64,000 bases of DNA from Eledone cirrhosa. Taxonomy: Eukaryota. The notes under the pieces were generated by a model, which made no database searches, was not told where the DNA came from, and worked only from the letters and a program-made list of their open reading frames with translations. The translations under genes and the position numbers were made by a program. Shown one piece after another: positions 49,679-62,800 of this stretch. Numbering within the stretch: the stretch's first letter is position 1; each line of letters starts with the position of its first letter. The DNA lies in the NCBI GenBank assembly GCA_964016885.1, contig OZ024742.1, positions 130,262,001 to 130,326,000 on the forward strand, written 5' to 3'.

Positions 49679-52594
49679 CAGGGGTCAGCAACCTTTTGGA
49701 GAGAGAGGGCCAAACAGCTATGCAGTGTCATGGAGGAGGGCCATGTTATTAAATATGTAAATAAATTTTCTGGAGGTTTAAAGCAAAACAAGGAATTTAA
49801 TATAATTTTATTTTAACAAGGCCTCTTATGGAATAACAAAAAAAGAAAGAAAAAAAAAAAACTACAAACACATTCAACAAAACAAAAAGAAAATTCCTTA
49901 TTTTACTGCAGGAATAACAGAAAAACAACTACTATCACAATCAACAAAAAAAAAAAGAAGCAAATTCCTTGCTACAAACGAAATACAGTTAGAAATGGTA
50001 AATTATTTAATGAGACTTGTTTCTGCTTATTGTGCGATAACTTCTCCACATCAGGTGAAATATTTGTTGATGACAGGAGCAAAACATCATCCAGGTGGTC
50101 GTCATGCAACCTTGTTCTTAAATGACTTTTAGTATATTTCATTTTGGAAAAAAGTTGTTCACATGCATATGTACTTCCAAATAATGATATCATCAGTTTT
50201 GCGTTAGTCAAGATGTTTTTATATTTTCCACTTGGCAATATATATTTCTTGTAGAAGTCAGCAGTGGAAATTTCGATTTCAAAGATTCGTCGCAATGTAA
50301 GTCAATTAACTCCAACTGATATTCTTCTGTCACTTGCTCCACATCTGTTTCGTAAGGAGTACCAAATAACTTAAATAGAGTTCCATATTGCCGGAAGTAT
50401 CAAAATGAGAGGAAAACTCGCTTCTCAAATCCTAATAGAGCTCACAAAGATGTCTGGTATTATATCTCTCTTGTGACTTTGGAGCCTTGGGAAATGAGAG
50501 TAGTTTCCTTTTTGAAGTTGTGATTCCCACAGTCGAAGTTTTCTCTCAAAAGCAGTAATTTGACCAAACATCTCAAATACAACCTTGTTCTTTCCTTGAA
50601 GCTCAAGATTTAAAGTGTTCATGTGGGTCGTGATGTCCACTAAAAAAGCTAACTTGACAACCTGCTGTGGATCCTGAAAGTAAGAATTATCTTGATCTTT
50701 GCTCTCTAAAAAAAGAAATCTCTTCTCTCAATGCATATACTCGTTCTATCATTTTTCCGAGGCTAAGCCATCGAACTCTGCTTCAATTTGTTTTAGAAAT
50801 TCTTGAAACTGGCAGTGATTTAGTCCTCTTGACAGTATAAAATTCACTGTTTTCACGACCACTGCCATGATGTCCTTAAAATTCAGTGAATTTGCACATA
50901 ATGCTTCTTGATGAATAATGCAATGAAGTTTGATTAGTTTTTGATCAATACCGATGTGGTTTTGGAGCAATGCAACAAATCCTTTTTTCTCTCGAACCAT
51001 TGCTGGTGCTCCATCTGTGATTACTCCAGAAAGCTTTGATAAATCCAGATTCATTTCGGTAATCCATTTTATTATGCTTTCCAAAATATCTGCTCCAGTG
51101 CTAGTGTCCTTCATAGGAATCAATTGTACAAATTCTTTCACAATATCAAATGTTGGTGTTACACCCCTCACAAACACTGCAAGTTGACAAGTATCTTTAA
51201 TATCTGTGGTTTCATCGATAGCAATGGAATAATACTCCAGATTATTTAAAATGACCCCCAAGCCACTTCTGACATTTGCTGCCAGCTCTTCAATTCACCT
51301 TGTTACTGTTCTTGCCGATAAGCTGATCGCAGAAAATAATTCCCTTTTTTTCTGGACAAACAACATCTGCTACCTTCAACCTTCAACAATAATTCTTTGA
51401 TGAAATCTCCATCAGTAAAAGGTTTCATCCTTTCTGCAATTAGTTTTGACACCTCGTAGCTAGCACGAGTTTTTCGGTCACTTTCTTCAACTTTTCTAGT
51501 GGAAAAGGATGATTGCTTTGTTACATTATTTCTCAGCCGTGCAACTTCGTTTACTCGTGCTTTTCCAGTAAAACTGTTGTAATGATTATGACGAATTTCA
51601 TAGTGCCGTTTAATATTTGAAACTTTCTTCACAATGGTTTCTTGACAAATTAAGCAAACACATTTTCCGAAGTGCTCAATGAAAAAATAGCTAAGTGTAC
51701 AGCCATCGGTAAAAGTTCGGCACTCCAAATCCACTTTTCTTTTCTTAGCTTCCATGGTCTTGTTTTTGTTCAAACAAAAAAGATTTATGGAAAGGAAAAA
51801 GAACAAAAAGTATAATAACCAGAATGAAGAAATAAGAAACAATGAAAACAAATGTAAATGCAAATACAGTAATGTGATAAAATAGGATAATTGTGAATAA
51901 ATTATATAAAACCAGGTTTCTAACGACGTTGTTAGATCAGGGTTGCCATTTGTTTTTTAAACCACTTTTGGCCTAATTCTAATAATAATAATTCACACAA
52001 TTTATCACAAATAATTAAATAAACGTTATTATCGAATAAAAATACCTACTGTATAGTTGTTATACCACCAGCCACAAACTCAAATGAAAATACTCTGGGG
52101 AGGAGGGAACAAAGTAATTTTTCCAAGGACAGCTTTACCTTGTGCCGGGGGGCACAGGTAAAGTCAGGCAAACGAAGACGACAATAATTCACGAGTGATT
52201 TTATTGAATGACAATATGGGTATAAAAGCGAGTCTAGTCGCTGAGGAAAATGCATACTTCCAGCCAACATTTGTGTTTGTTGACTGGAACAAGAACACAT
52301 ACATGAAATCACAGGAAATAATAATACAGGTGATATAATGCTTGGCGGAAAGCCCAGAAAAAGATGGATAAGAGGAAATAATAATAAATGGAAAATATAA
52401 TAAAGGTATCTGTAAATATATACGGTATGAGCAGCGATTTGTGATGGGTATCAGGTCGGCACAACCTTGAAGTGAACTACTGTATCTGTATTCGATACTA
52501 ATTAGATAATTAGTGTCCAGTGTAAGATGGCGGGCCGGACAAAAATCACTCAAGGGTCGAATGTGGCCCGCAGGCTGGGGGTTGCTGACCCCTG
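49679..52594 (-). mobile_element. hAT transposon, Buster/Charlie group (SPIN/GTF2IRD2-like transposase)
   Basis: Perfect 15-bp TIRs CAGGGGTCAGCAACC / GGTTGCTGACCCCTG; perfect 8-bp TSD CTATAGAC (49671-49678, 52595-52602). Confidence 0.95.
50007..51755 (-). pseudogene. hAT transposase, frameshifted
   Basis: MEAKKRKVDLECR, CLICQE..NIKRHYE (zf-BED-like), KPFTDGDFIKE, IAIDETTD, ITDGAPAM, HCIIHQEALC, FGSTYACEQLFSKM, across four ORF pieces. Confidence 0.92.
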
Positions 52595-54099
52595 CTATAG
52601 ACGTTATCAAGCACAGCAAAATGAGAATCTTTGCAGATGATTCCAAGCTTCAGAAAGTCATCAATGGAGTGGAACACTGGACATGACTTCAGGATCTACT
52701 TGCTGTTATCCAATGGGGAAAAAAAAACAAAAAAACAATATGCTACTAAACGAGGATAAATTTCAGTTAATCCACTTTGGAAAAGTGGATGCACTTAAGT
52801 TACCATATTCTCTTCCCTTAGGTGAAAACCTTGACACATCCAACAACACTGGAGACTTTGGAGTAATTGTTGATAGCAACTTAAACTGGAGTACCCACAT
52901 AAATAACAAAGTTGACATGGCTTGCAAGATCTATTCTTCATTTCTTAGAACTTTCCCATCTAGAGATATTCACACCTTTGCCTGGTTTCACCTTGAATAT
53001 TGTTGTCCACTGTGGACTCCCACATGAAATAAAGTATTATGAAAATTAAAGCACCCCAGTGGTCAATTACAAAAAAAAAAAGACATCGTGTAAGGCCTTG
53101 ACTATTGGGGTCGACTGGAAAAACTCAAACTCTACTTTCTCCAATGCTGCCTTGAGCACTACATAATTTGTATTCCATCAACATTGCCCAAATGATGTTG
53201 ATATCACCTTTAAAATCCACCCAAAACTTGGTCCCATGCTATCTGCCCACTTCAAAAGTCGGCTTTGTATTTCATAACAAAATAACTATTTGACCTCAAC
53301 TGCTTTTGCTCTTTCTGAAAACAAAACGTAAAGAGCAAGAAGAAATATCAAAAAGTAGTCTGCCTGAAGAAGAAATATCAAAAAGTAGTCTGCCTGATGC
53401 CCTAACAATTCTGCCAATCCAACACCTTTGGTTATTCCAGCCCCTTAACCTTGCTATTAACCATGACAATACTGCGTCTGTGTGATTGGATGTGAGCCAT
53501 TTTTTCTTTGTCTATTAGGCGAGCTCGTAAATGTATTCGTCTTGATATATAATCGTTTTGAAAATTTAGTTACTTCCCTTTAATATTAAAAAACAAAAAA
53601 CAAAAAAATCAACCTTTTACCAAAACAGCGAGCAAATATCGAAATTGAAAAAAAAGTTAAGATGTTTAAAATATATCACTTTATTTGATTATGTCCATTT
53701 ACCAGTCGGAAATAAATCGATAAAGGAGTAGATGAAGTCACTGTAGAGAGTAGTGAGGACCCGTTTGTAGAAACGTTTTGAGTTCGAGTGTACTCCCAAA
53801 GTGGTATTGCCACTCGAGCAGTTATAAAATATATTATTAGAAGCCCATGCAAAGATGGATGGATGGATGCCTTGTTCTTAAAATATACCTGGTGTGTGGC
53901 CAGATCTTACCTTTAGCCTTAGTCGGTTAATTTTTAAAATTTACAATTATATAAATAACATTACAAATTGTTTATAATTCTTACAGAATGAAAATAAACA
54001 AATAATATATACAATACTTAATTACATAAATATTTCACATTAAAATATCATCTTTATTGTGTAAACTCTATTCTAATAATATACATAAGCATATGAATA

Positions 54100-54538
54100 A
54101 GTTTAGAATAGAATAACATAACAAATATGTTTTAAATATATCCATAAATAACATTACAAATGCTTAGATAACATTTATAAATTGCTCGCGATTTTTTCAG
54201 AAGGATATATTCCTTTAATATGGCAATATTAAAGGAAATGTAAAGGAAGAGATGAACAACCGAGCCAACACTAGAGCAAAAGAAAGCAGCGTCGCGGGAA
54301 GCCAGCACACTCGCAGTGATGGCAAGGCTGGAACAACCAGCGAGCTCGCCTAATAGAGGTAACTGGCGAATCCCGCGAGGGCGCTTGGTTGTTCCCGCGC
54401 ATTAGCCTCGCCATCACCTGAGGCAACGCTGTAAGTGTGCTGGTTTGCCTAAAAAATCATTAGAGAGGTTGCCAAGTACTCCTCGCGACGCTGCTGTCTT
54501 TTGCTTTGGTGTTGGCTCCGTTGTTCACCTCTTCCTTT
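54100..54538. mobile_element. Two CRE-clade 3' fragments in inverted orientation
   Basis: 54100-54340 is the reverse complement of 60870-61165-like sequence; 54341-54538 is a plus copy of 60822-61010; flanked by a ~53-bp direct repeat. Confidence 0.7.
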
Positions 54539-54944
54539 GAAACTAAACAAATAGTATATACACTACTTAATTACATAAATATTCCACATTAAAATATATA
54601 TTCAAAACGAAAGAAAATATATTATAATCATGATGTTCCACAGAATTCATGGAACCTTATAAATATAACACAAAAATATATAATCAAAGCGGAAAAACTA
54701 AATTAATGTTTATAAAAATTTTTTTTTTCGCAATTCTTAGTTGTAAAAATAATATTGTATTCTTTTAGAAAATCTATGACATTATCCTGATTGGTATTAT
54801 TTATTGACAATATGAAATTAGAATGCATGATAAACAATTTTGCGGGTTTATGTTTGTTACCAACATTAATCTAAAGTATTCAATAACTGGAAACATCAAC
54901 GAACAGTACTATACATAACAATAAAAGTATTAAACAAAACAGCT

Positions 54945-57227
54945 TGTAGCAAGAGTTGCCTCCCTTGTTGTGACGATCACATCACTAATAGATTAACGCT
55001 CTCTAGACAGGAAGTAGCTGGAGTTACTTCCCGTTGGGGTGGCAGAACCCTTTTTGTCACTTCCGTCTTGAGACCCTATAAAAGGGATACTCAGAGCGAT
55101 CTCTCTCTCATTTGCCCTTTCGGCTGCTGGCCTTCGGCCAGGCGCGTTCGCCGAGTCTCTACTCTCTGGCAACCCTAACATGGTCACTTGCGAGCTAACT
55201 TCAAAACGGTAACAAATAACTTTACTTCATATTTCATCTACTCTTGACATGTCAACAATTCTATACTACATAACTTGAACTTGTTAATTAAACTTTATAT
55301 ACACAACTGAGACTTTTGTTATATTCATACACACCAGTATTTTGTAATAAGTGGTGACCCCGAGAAAAAAATGATAGGATCTGGTGTTGTGTGAATATAT
55401 ATATAAAAAAATTAATTAGCAGTATCCCATTTTCGTTGGAATGTGTCGACCAACATTTCGAATACGCAGCAAACTTTATTAACGAACTAAGAAAAATACT
55501 CAGACACAGAAACGAACACACGCACGTGTGAAATTCTCGTTCAGACAGACTCTTCTTCTCTCACCTAACGTGATATTTTTTTTCGGACTAAGAAATCCCT
55601 CCGACCTCCTTAGACAAGGATTTCTCTCTGCATACACTGTCTTATAACGAACACATCAGAAAAGAAATTTTTTCTCAGCAAGCAAAATAAACATAAAATT
55701 TTGCCTTTCACGCACGTGTCGCACATCAACTATGTGTCGCATTTCACTGGATGTATATATATGTTTTTCGTTTCTTCTTACAACGAACACTTAAAAAAAA
55801 AAAGAAAAAGAAATTTGATTTTTTTTTTTTTTTACACATTTCAACATGAACATTTACTTTCGCTGAATCTCAACTATTGCTTATTCTTTCCGCCAAGCTT
55901 TTTTCATCGTTCACAAAAAAGTTGAACTCGCTATATTTGTTATACCAAGTGAAGCCTTTCTTTCTATTTTATCCTATTATGACGTTCACACACGAGTTTT
56001 TCAAAATGGCTGCCAACAACTTTGTTTCGGCACGTGTGGGCAGCACACATCTCGACTCACTGAGATATCACACACCTAGGATAATGTTTCTTGCCAAGGA
56101 TTCTCCAGCCTTAAGCTATATTCTCCTATTTGCCGGTTTAAAAATTTACCACGTAAATTTGCCGTTGAAAACTGCGCATTTATTCAGAATGCTTATTTTT
56201 TTGGTCGCTGGCCTCTTGACCCTTCCAGGTCAACGCATTCTCAACATCGACCATCAACTTTGGCTGTTATTTCTAGCACTTTGCGCAACTCATTTTTTCT
56301 GGGAAAAATTTTACTGAGAATTTAAACATCGAATACGCTCACTCCGCGAGACAACAACATCATCAACAACAACACAGCTTCATCAACAACCAAAACCAGC
56401 AGAACAAGCCAGAGAATTTATTTTTGCAGCACTCTTCCTGTGAGAAAATCCACAGACCAGACCAGAGACCACCTGCATACATTCTCTGGAGGACACACTT
56501 TCTTTCCTGCTGTCATGTGATTGCACACCTGTGAACTGTATTTTGAACATTTGAACTTTGACCTCTTCTTTTACTTTGATTACATTGTATCTTTGAGTGA
56601 TGGATAGATAGATGTCCAGTCGTTCTATGGCCAAGAGCGGTTGGCTACCTTGATATCTATCATTGATTTATGCATGCATATATTTTGCTGTTTTCCCTTT
56701 ATTGCAAACGTTATTTTCTTCGTAATTTTCATGCCTGGACTTTGGTGTTACAACATGCTCGCCATCTTACTTCATACATGGTTCATTCGATTTTTATGTT
56801 TTAAAAATCTGGCGGGAGATGATGTAGCAAGAGTTGCCTCCCTTGTTGTGACGATCACATCACTAATAGATTAACGCTCTCTAGACAGGAAGTAGCTGGA
56901 GTTACTTCTCGTTGGGGTGGCAGAACCCTTTTTGTCACTTCCGTCTTGAGACCCTATAAAAGGGATACTCAAAGCGATCTCTCTCTCATTTGCCCTTTCG
57001 GCTGCTGGCCTTCGGCCAGGCGCGTTCGCCGAGTCTCTACTCTCTGGCAACCCTAACATGGTCTCTTGCGAGCTAACTTCAAAACGGTAACAAATAACTT
57101 TACTTCATATTTCATCTACTCTTGACATGTCAACAATTCTATACTACATAACTTCAACTTGTTAATTAAACTTTATATACACAACTGAGACTTTTGTTAT
57201 ATTCATACACACCAGTATTTTGTAATA
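54945..57227 (+). mobile_element. Non-autonomous Gypsy-type LTR retroelement (CsRn1-like), 405-bp LTRs
   Basis: LTRs 54945-55349 and 56823-57227 (TGTAGCA...TGTAATA, about 4 differences); PBS TGGTGACCCCGA at 55352-55363 complementary to the tRNA-Trp 3' end; purine tract GGCGGGAGATGA before the 3' LTR; flanks AGCT/AACT. Confidence 0.9.
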
Positions 57228-57319
57228 AACTAATAAATATTTTTTAATTTCATCAACATTATCGTAATCTACACAATGTATCTCTGTAAAATTTTATTTT
57301 GAATGTGCATTATTTAGAC

Positions 57320-57632
57320 CAGGGGCGTGCAACAGGCGGCCCACTGGCCACAATATGACCCACCAGACCAGTCAGAGTGGCCCGCGATGACCGTTTTTAA
57401 TTTTTACCTTGTAGGCTTATTTAGAATATATTTCGTAACCGTAATACAATTTTCTGTTAGTTGACCTAAAGGGCTTCACTGATAGGGTTATGTGTGTTAT
57501 AATTTACCTGTTCCATGTTATGGAAAGAGGTTGTGGTGAATCTTTGGAATAGTGCTTAATAAATATTGATGGCCTTAATAGTTGTTCCAATGTTCAAAAG
57601 GGGCCGCCAATGGAATATGTTGCACACTCCTG
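57320..57632. mobile_element. hAT MITE
   Basis: TIRs CAGGGGCGTGCAACA / TGTTGCACACTCCTG; TSD ATTTAGAC/GTTTAGAC; GTGGCCCGC subterminal motif. Confidence 0.8.
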
Positions 57633-57646
57633 GTTTAGACAGTTAA

Positions 57647-57849
57647 GGACGGTGGATTGACAGTATCGCCAGTGTAGGACATGCTTTGCGACCTGAGTTA
57701 CGGCCCTTTACGTTCTGAGTTCAACTCCCGCCGAGGTTAGCTTTGCCTTTCATCTTTACGGAGTTGATAAAATAAAGTACCAGTAATGCATTGGGTAGAT
57801 TTCCTCTCTCCCAAAAACGTTCCGCCGTGTGCTTAAATCAGAAACCATA
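57647..57849 (+). mobile_element. SINE family A copy
   Basis: Family A head and core. Confidence 0.75.
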
Positions 57850-58389
57850 ATTAAGAAAGTTATGAGTAAAAAAAAAAAAAATTGTGAGTGACGACGCATG
57901 GCTTTGTGGTTAAGTTATTGGACTCACGGTCGTAAGGTCATGAATTCGATTCCTGGACCTGGCAGCCAGTTGTGTTCTTAAGCGAAATGTTCTATTTGTG
58001 TTGTTTCTTCTGCCAGGAATTGCAAGACCAAGGGAAACATGGATTCCTTAGCTCGATATAACGATCAACTCCTTTCTTCTTATGAGTTAACAAAATCGGA
58101 GGTAGTGATGGTAGGACACTGAACTGTTAGTTCAGTAGGACACTAATGTTAGTTCTCACTAGCCTATGACCTGTACATATATCTGGCGATTGACATAGTT
58201 ACTGTTCAGTTGGTCAAAATACACTTGTTGTGCAGTCAGTACTGGACTTACTTGTTAGCTAAATAAGCTATAGCTTAGGGCCATACACCCTAAGGGGCCT
58301 CATTTAAAAAAATATATTTTAATCTATTCTTTAACACAACACACACACACATTATTTATTATTTATCATTAACATTAATATCGAAAATA

Positions 58390-59087
58390 ATAATTATTTC
58401 TACTTTTGGTACAAGGCCAAATTACCCAGTGCATTATTGGTACTTTATTTCATCGACCCCGTAAGGATGAAAGGCAAAGTTAACCTCGGCGGTATTTGAA
58501 CTCAGAATGGCAAGGACCCTAACTCTATGCGTCAAAGCATGGCGTCCGACCCTCTACCGATACTGCCATCCACCGTCGAAAATAATAATAATAATTGTTT
58601 CTACTTTAGGCACAAAGCCAGCAATTATCCCAGTGTATTACTGGTACTTCATTTTATCGACCCCGTAAGGTTGAAAGGCAAAGTTAACCTCGGCGGGATT
58701 TGAACTCAGATCATAAAGGGCCGTAACTCTATGCTGCAAAGCATGGCGTCCGACTTCCTAGCGATACTGCCAAAAATAATAATTGTTTATATTTTGACAC
58801 AAGGCCAGCAATTAACCCAGTGTATTACTGGTACTTCATTTTATCGACCCCGTAAGGTTGAAAGGCAAAGTTAACCTCGGCGGGATTTGAATTCAGATCA
58901 TAAAGGGCCGTAATTCTATGTTGCAAAGCATGGCGTCTGACCCTCTACCGATACTGCCAATCCACTGCCAAAAATAATAATTGTTTCTACTTTTGGCACA
59001 AGGCCAGCAATTATCCCAGTGCATTACTGGTACTTTATTTTATCAACCCCGTAAGGATGAAAGTCAAAGTTAACCTCGGCGGGATTA
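58390..59087 (-). repeat. Head-to-tail array of four SINE family A copies
   Basis: Units start at about 58390, 58590, 58778 and 58975, separated by (AAT)n. Confidence 0.88.
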
Positions 59088-59365
59088 GAATGTATAATTA
59101 TTAACAATTTTTTTACTCGAATTTTTTTTTAGAGTAGGTCCTCAAATTACATATAGCTTAAGGCTCCAGCAGGTGAAAGTCCGATGCTGTGTGTAATATA
59201 TGCTTAAGATGATCTCTATATTAACGTCACAACTTTCTTAATGCATATTTTTTAATGACATTTTGCAGATACGTTTTTCCAGCGTGTAGATTACGTTGAT
59301 GTCGATGAAATTAAGATTCCCCCCGCCCCCAAACCCTTACATTTTTAAATAGTTTTGTTGGTTAG

Positions 59366-59722
59366 TACTTTCGGGTCTCGAATAATGCTCCCTCCAGCTT
59401 ATTAGTTTTTCAGGTTCCCCCACCCCTCGCGCTTATTACATTTTATTAATCTATCTCCGGCGAAATTTTATTTTAAGTGGTAGCATTCCTGCGACAATTA
59501 ATTTTCTTTAGACGTTAAAAAACATTATACATGATAAAAACAAAAGAACATTACAAGAAAATGTATCCATAATAAAATAAATAGGATTGGTTGGAGTCTC
59601 AATATGTAAACTAAACGACTAATTCTGGTTTATAAAAAAAATCAAGGGAGACAACCTAGAAAAAATATCGATTTTCCAACCCACCCCGCTTATTCCCCCT
59701 TATTATTTGGGATCTGAGAGTA
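59366..59722. mobile_element. Tc1/mariner-type MITE
   Basis: Imperfect TIRs TACTTTCGGGTCTCGAATAAT / ATTATTTGGGATCTGAGAGTA with TA ends. Confidence 0.6.
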
Positions 59723-60471
59723 TTAATTAACCATACATCCATCCTATTTTTCTAATGAAAGACACTGCCTATGTGGTTGAAATAATTTTGCAAACAATCA
59801 AGAATTTTGAAAAGTTTACTGCATTACATATATAACTTTCTCATTATTATGTATCTACTGATATTGGCAGTGGATTGCCAGTATCGGTAGGGCATCGGAC
59901 ACCATGCTTCACAACATGGAGTTACGACCCTTTACGTTCTGATTTCAAATCCCGCCGAGGTATGAAATAAGGTTCCAATCACACACTGGGTCGATGTAAT
60001 CGACTTTTCCCCCTCCCTTAAAATTGTTGGTCTTGTGCCTAAAGCAGAAACCATTATTGGTGTTTGGAACATAACTTAACAAAGGTTCAGTCAGTTTTGT
60101 ATAATAAGAACCCGGGCCGCTTTCAGGCGATTCGATATTAAAAGCATTGTTCTGAAATCGCCACGTCTATATATATATTCAATTTTACTACGTGCGCGTA
60201 CGCACACACACACACGCACACACACACACACCCTCACACACAGTTAGATGCGAATCAATGTGAACAAACTGGAATAACTGGAGAAGAATAAATATTTGAG
60301 TGTTTATGGGAGAGGGGAGATATGAGAAGTGGGAGGGAAAATCGAACCTACATCACGTTTATCAATTACTCCCGTATATTCTCATTATTATACTACTTCC
60401 TACCGTTTTGTTCTGTTTACATTACTAATTTCATTCATAATTTTATATAAATATTTATTCCCGTGGCCTAG

Positions 60472-61291
60472 CTGGGCCGGATTTAATGAGGGACACACAC
60501 ACAAAGAGGGCAAATGCCCCGGGCCCTCCTGTAGGGCACCACAAACGACAGCTGTATCAATTTATTTGTGCCCTCTGCTGGGCTTTTTAGTTTAGAATGG
60601 TTCGATTTTTTAAAATTTAATACCTGTATGTACAACTTTTCGATTCCATTCTTCCCACACCCTGGATGCTGCGGTTAGGACGAAAGCCACAGCTTCTGCA
60701 GCAGAGCGGAGTAAGACCCTCAAATACTCTGATTTGTCGGCCAGCTACATTTTTCAGCCTGTGGCTTTCGAGACGTTTGGGAGAGTCGGACCGCTGACTG
60801 CGAGGTTTCTCTCTTCACTGGCGGCTCGCCTAGTAGAGGGAACTGTCGAATCTCGCGAGGGCGCTTGGTTGTTCCAGCGCATCAGCCTCGCCATCACCCG
60901 AGGCAACGCTGTGAGTGTGCTAACTTGCCTAAAAAAACCCATTAGAGAGGTTGCCTGGCACTCCTGCTGTCTTTTGCTCTGGTGTTGGCTCGGTTGTTCA
61001 CCTCTTCCTTTACGTTTTCTTCAATATTGCAACATTAAAAGAATATATCTTTCTGAAAAAACCGCGAGCAATTTATAAATGTTATCTAAGCATTTGTAAT
61101 GTTATTTATGTATATATTTAAAACATATTTGTTATGTTATTCTACTGTAAATTTATTTATATGCTTTGTATAATAAAATATAAATACGTTACTAAACTGA
61201 CTTTGATCTGTAAAGTAGGGGGTTTGCTGTGTATTCTAATTTTTTGTGTATGAAGCCCCCCCCCCCCCCCCCCGATTTAAATCCGACCCTG
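60472..61291. mobile_element. MITE-like element (TIR CAGGGYCGGATTTAA) carrying a CRE 3' fragment (about 60655-61165, +)
   Basis: CTGGGCCGGATTTAA / TTAAATCCGACCCTG; internal AAAERSK..KY..FQPVAFETFG..REGAWLFQRISLAITRGNA; no TSD seen. Confidence 0.6.
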
Positions 61292-61450
61292 ATCGTGAGT
61301 TCGATTCACAACAGTGTTGTGTCCTTGAGCATGGCACTTTTATTTCACGTTGCTCCAACCTACTCAAGCTAGCAAAAATGTGTTATACCAATAATTCGAA
61401 AGCCTTATCCTATTCTGAGTCACGCTGAATCTCCCTCAGAACTGCGTTAA

Positions 61451-61668
61451 CCCTTTAGCATTTACATTACTCTCTATATATATACTATTGTATTTTTGTG
61501 GTAAAGGCTTTATCTTACATAATTATCTCACATAATATCGAATCTACAAGATTTTGATGTTATTTATTTTAAGAACAATACCTTAACGTCAGTATGAGCG
61601 GCCAGTTACGGCCGGTTTGAACAGATAGGGGTGTGAGCATTTTGGCCGGATACAACCGGTCTAAAGGG
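61451..61668. mobile_element. piggyBac-type MITE copy 4
   Basis: TTAA|CCCTTTAGCATTT ... CTAAAGGG|TTAA. Confidence 0.87.
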
Positions 61669-61985
61669 TTAAGGGTACACGTGTCTGTGGGATGCTCAGC
61701 TACTTGCTGGCTGTTCCGTTGATCGTATCAACGAGAACAGTCGTCATCGCAACCGACGGAATATCATTTTTTTATTTTTTATTCCCGAACAACACCTGAG
61801 TGACACCAATTTCTTTGTTTTACACTAACACCTGAGTCTCCCACTCGATAGGTAGGTAACTGCTAAGATAAAAAAAATGTGACTGACTAATGAAAACAAA
61901 CAAAAATAAAACAAAAAATAATTTCTCCAGCGTCCCCACCTCAGGGAATATCTATTTACTGTACACAGAATATGATACTGTGTGC

Positions 61986-62077
<92 letters not shown>

Positions 62078-62800
62078 GTTTATATATATTTATATATGTA
62101 TATATGTGTGTGTGTGTGTGTATGTGAGTATGTGTGTGTGTATATGTGTATATATGCATACGCATAAGTTCACAGACATATATGAATGTAATATATATCA
62201 ATATATATATATATATGTATATCTATATATATATATATATATATAAATATCAATATATATATATATATATATGTAATTATATATATATATTTATGTATGT
62301 ACGTGTATGTGTGTGTGTCTCTCTCTCGTCCCCTCTCTCTCTCTCTGTATATATATATATATTAGTTCATTGGTTCTGCATATAAAAGGAAATGAGTCCT
62401 TCGTCTCAGACGACAAAAACACCTACCACCACCACCATCACCACCACTACAAACACCTACCACCACCACCACCACCACTACCACCATCACCACCACCACC
62501 ATCACCACACACCACTACTATTACTATTAATCTTATCACTATGGGTACATCAACAATTAACTTCTGTGAGTGATTGTTCGACCTGCTAAAAATAGCAGCC
62601 ACATTTCTCTCAAATTACTCCCTACCGCCTGTACATGGGAAAGAGAAAGAAAGGCACTGTCACGGTTTTTGATCAGATGTCTGCTCGATATGTGCGGACT
62701 TCGAGTTAAATAACAAATTAAACTACTGTAACTATTACTAATACCTCCGCTACTAATACAACTACCATGTTTATTCTATTATAAGACCTACTTTAATAAG

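Larger units (their letters stand above)
48055..53300 (+). mobile_element. Decayed CR1-group LINE (APE + RT) split by a hAT insertion
   Basis: ILIVGDFNLP, ILDLVF, NYHPISLTS..KVFERV, QHGF, SGIPQG, IYINDT|hAT|VIKHSKMRIFADDSKL, HLEYCCPLWTP. Confidence 0.85.

Noticed and set aside
50007-51755. Domesticated GTF2IRD2/EPM2AIP1-like host gene
   Set aside because: Multiple frameshifts, and bounded by TIRs and a TSD inside a LINE
54993-57059. Duplicated small ORF MLGLPESRDSANAPGRR
   Set aside because: Antisense reading of the two LTR copies; no coding evidence
58390-59087. CRISPR-like regular repeat array
   Set aside because: The units are whole ~190-bp SINE copies with no unique spacers, the context is eukaryotic, and there are no cas genes
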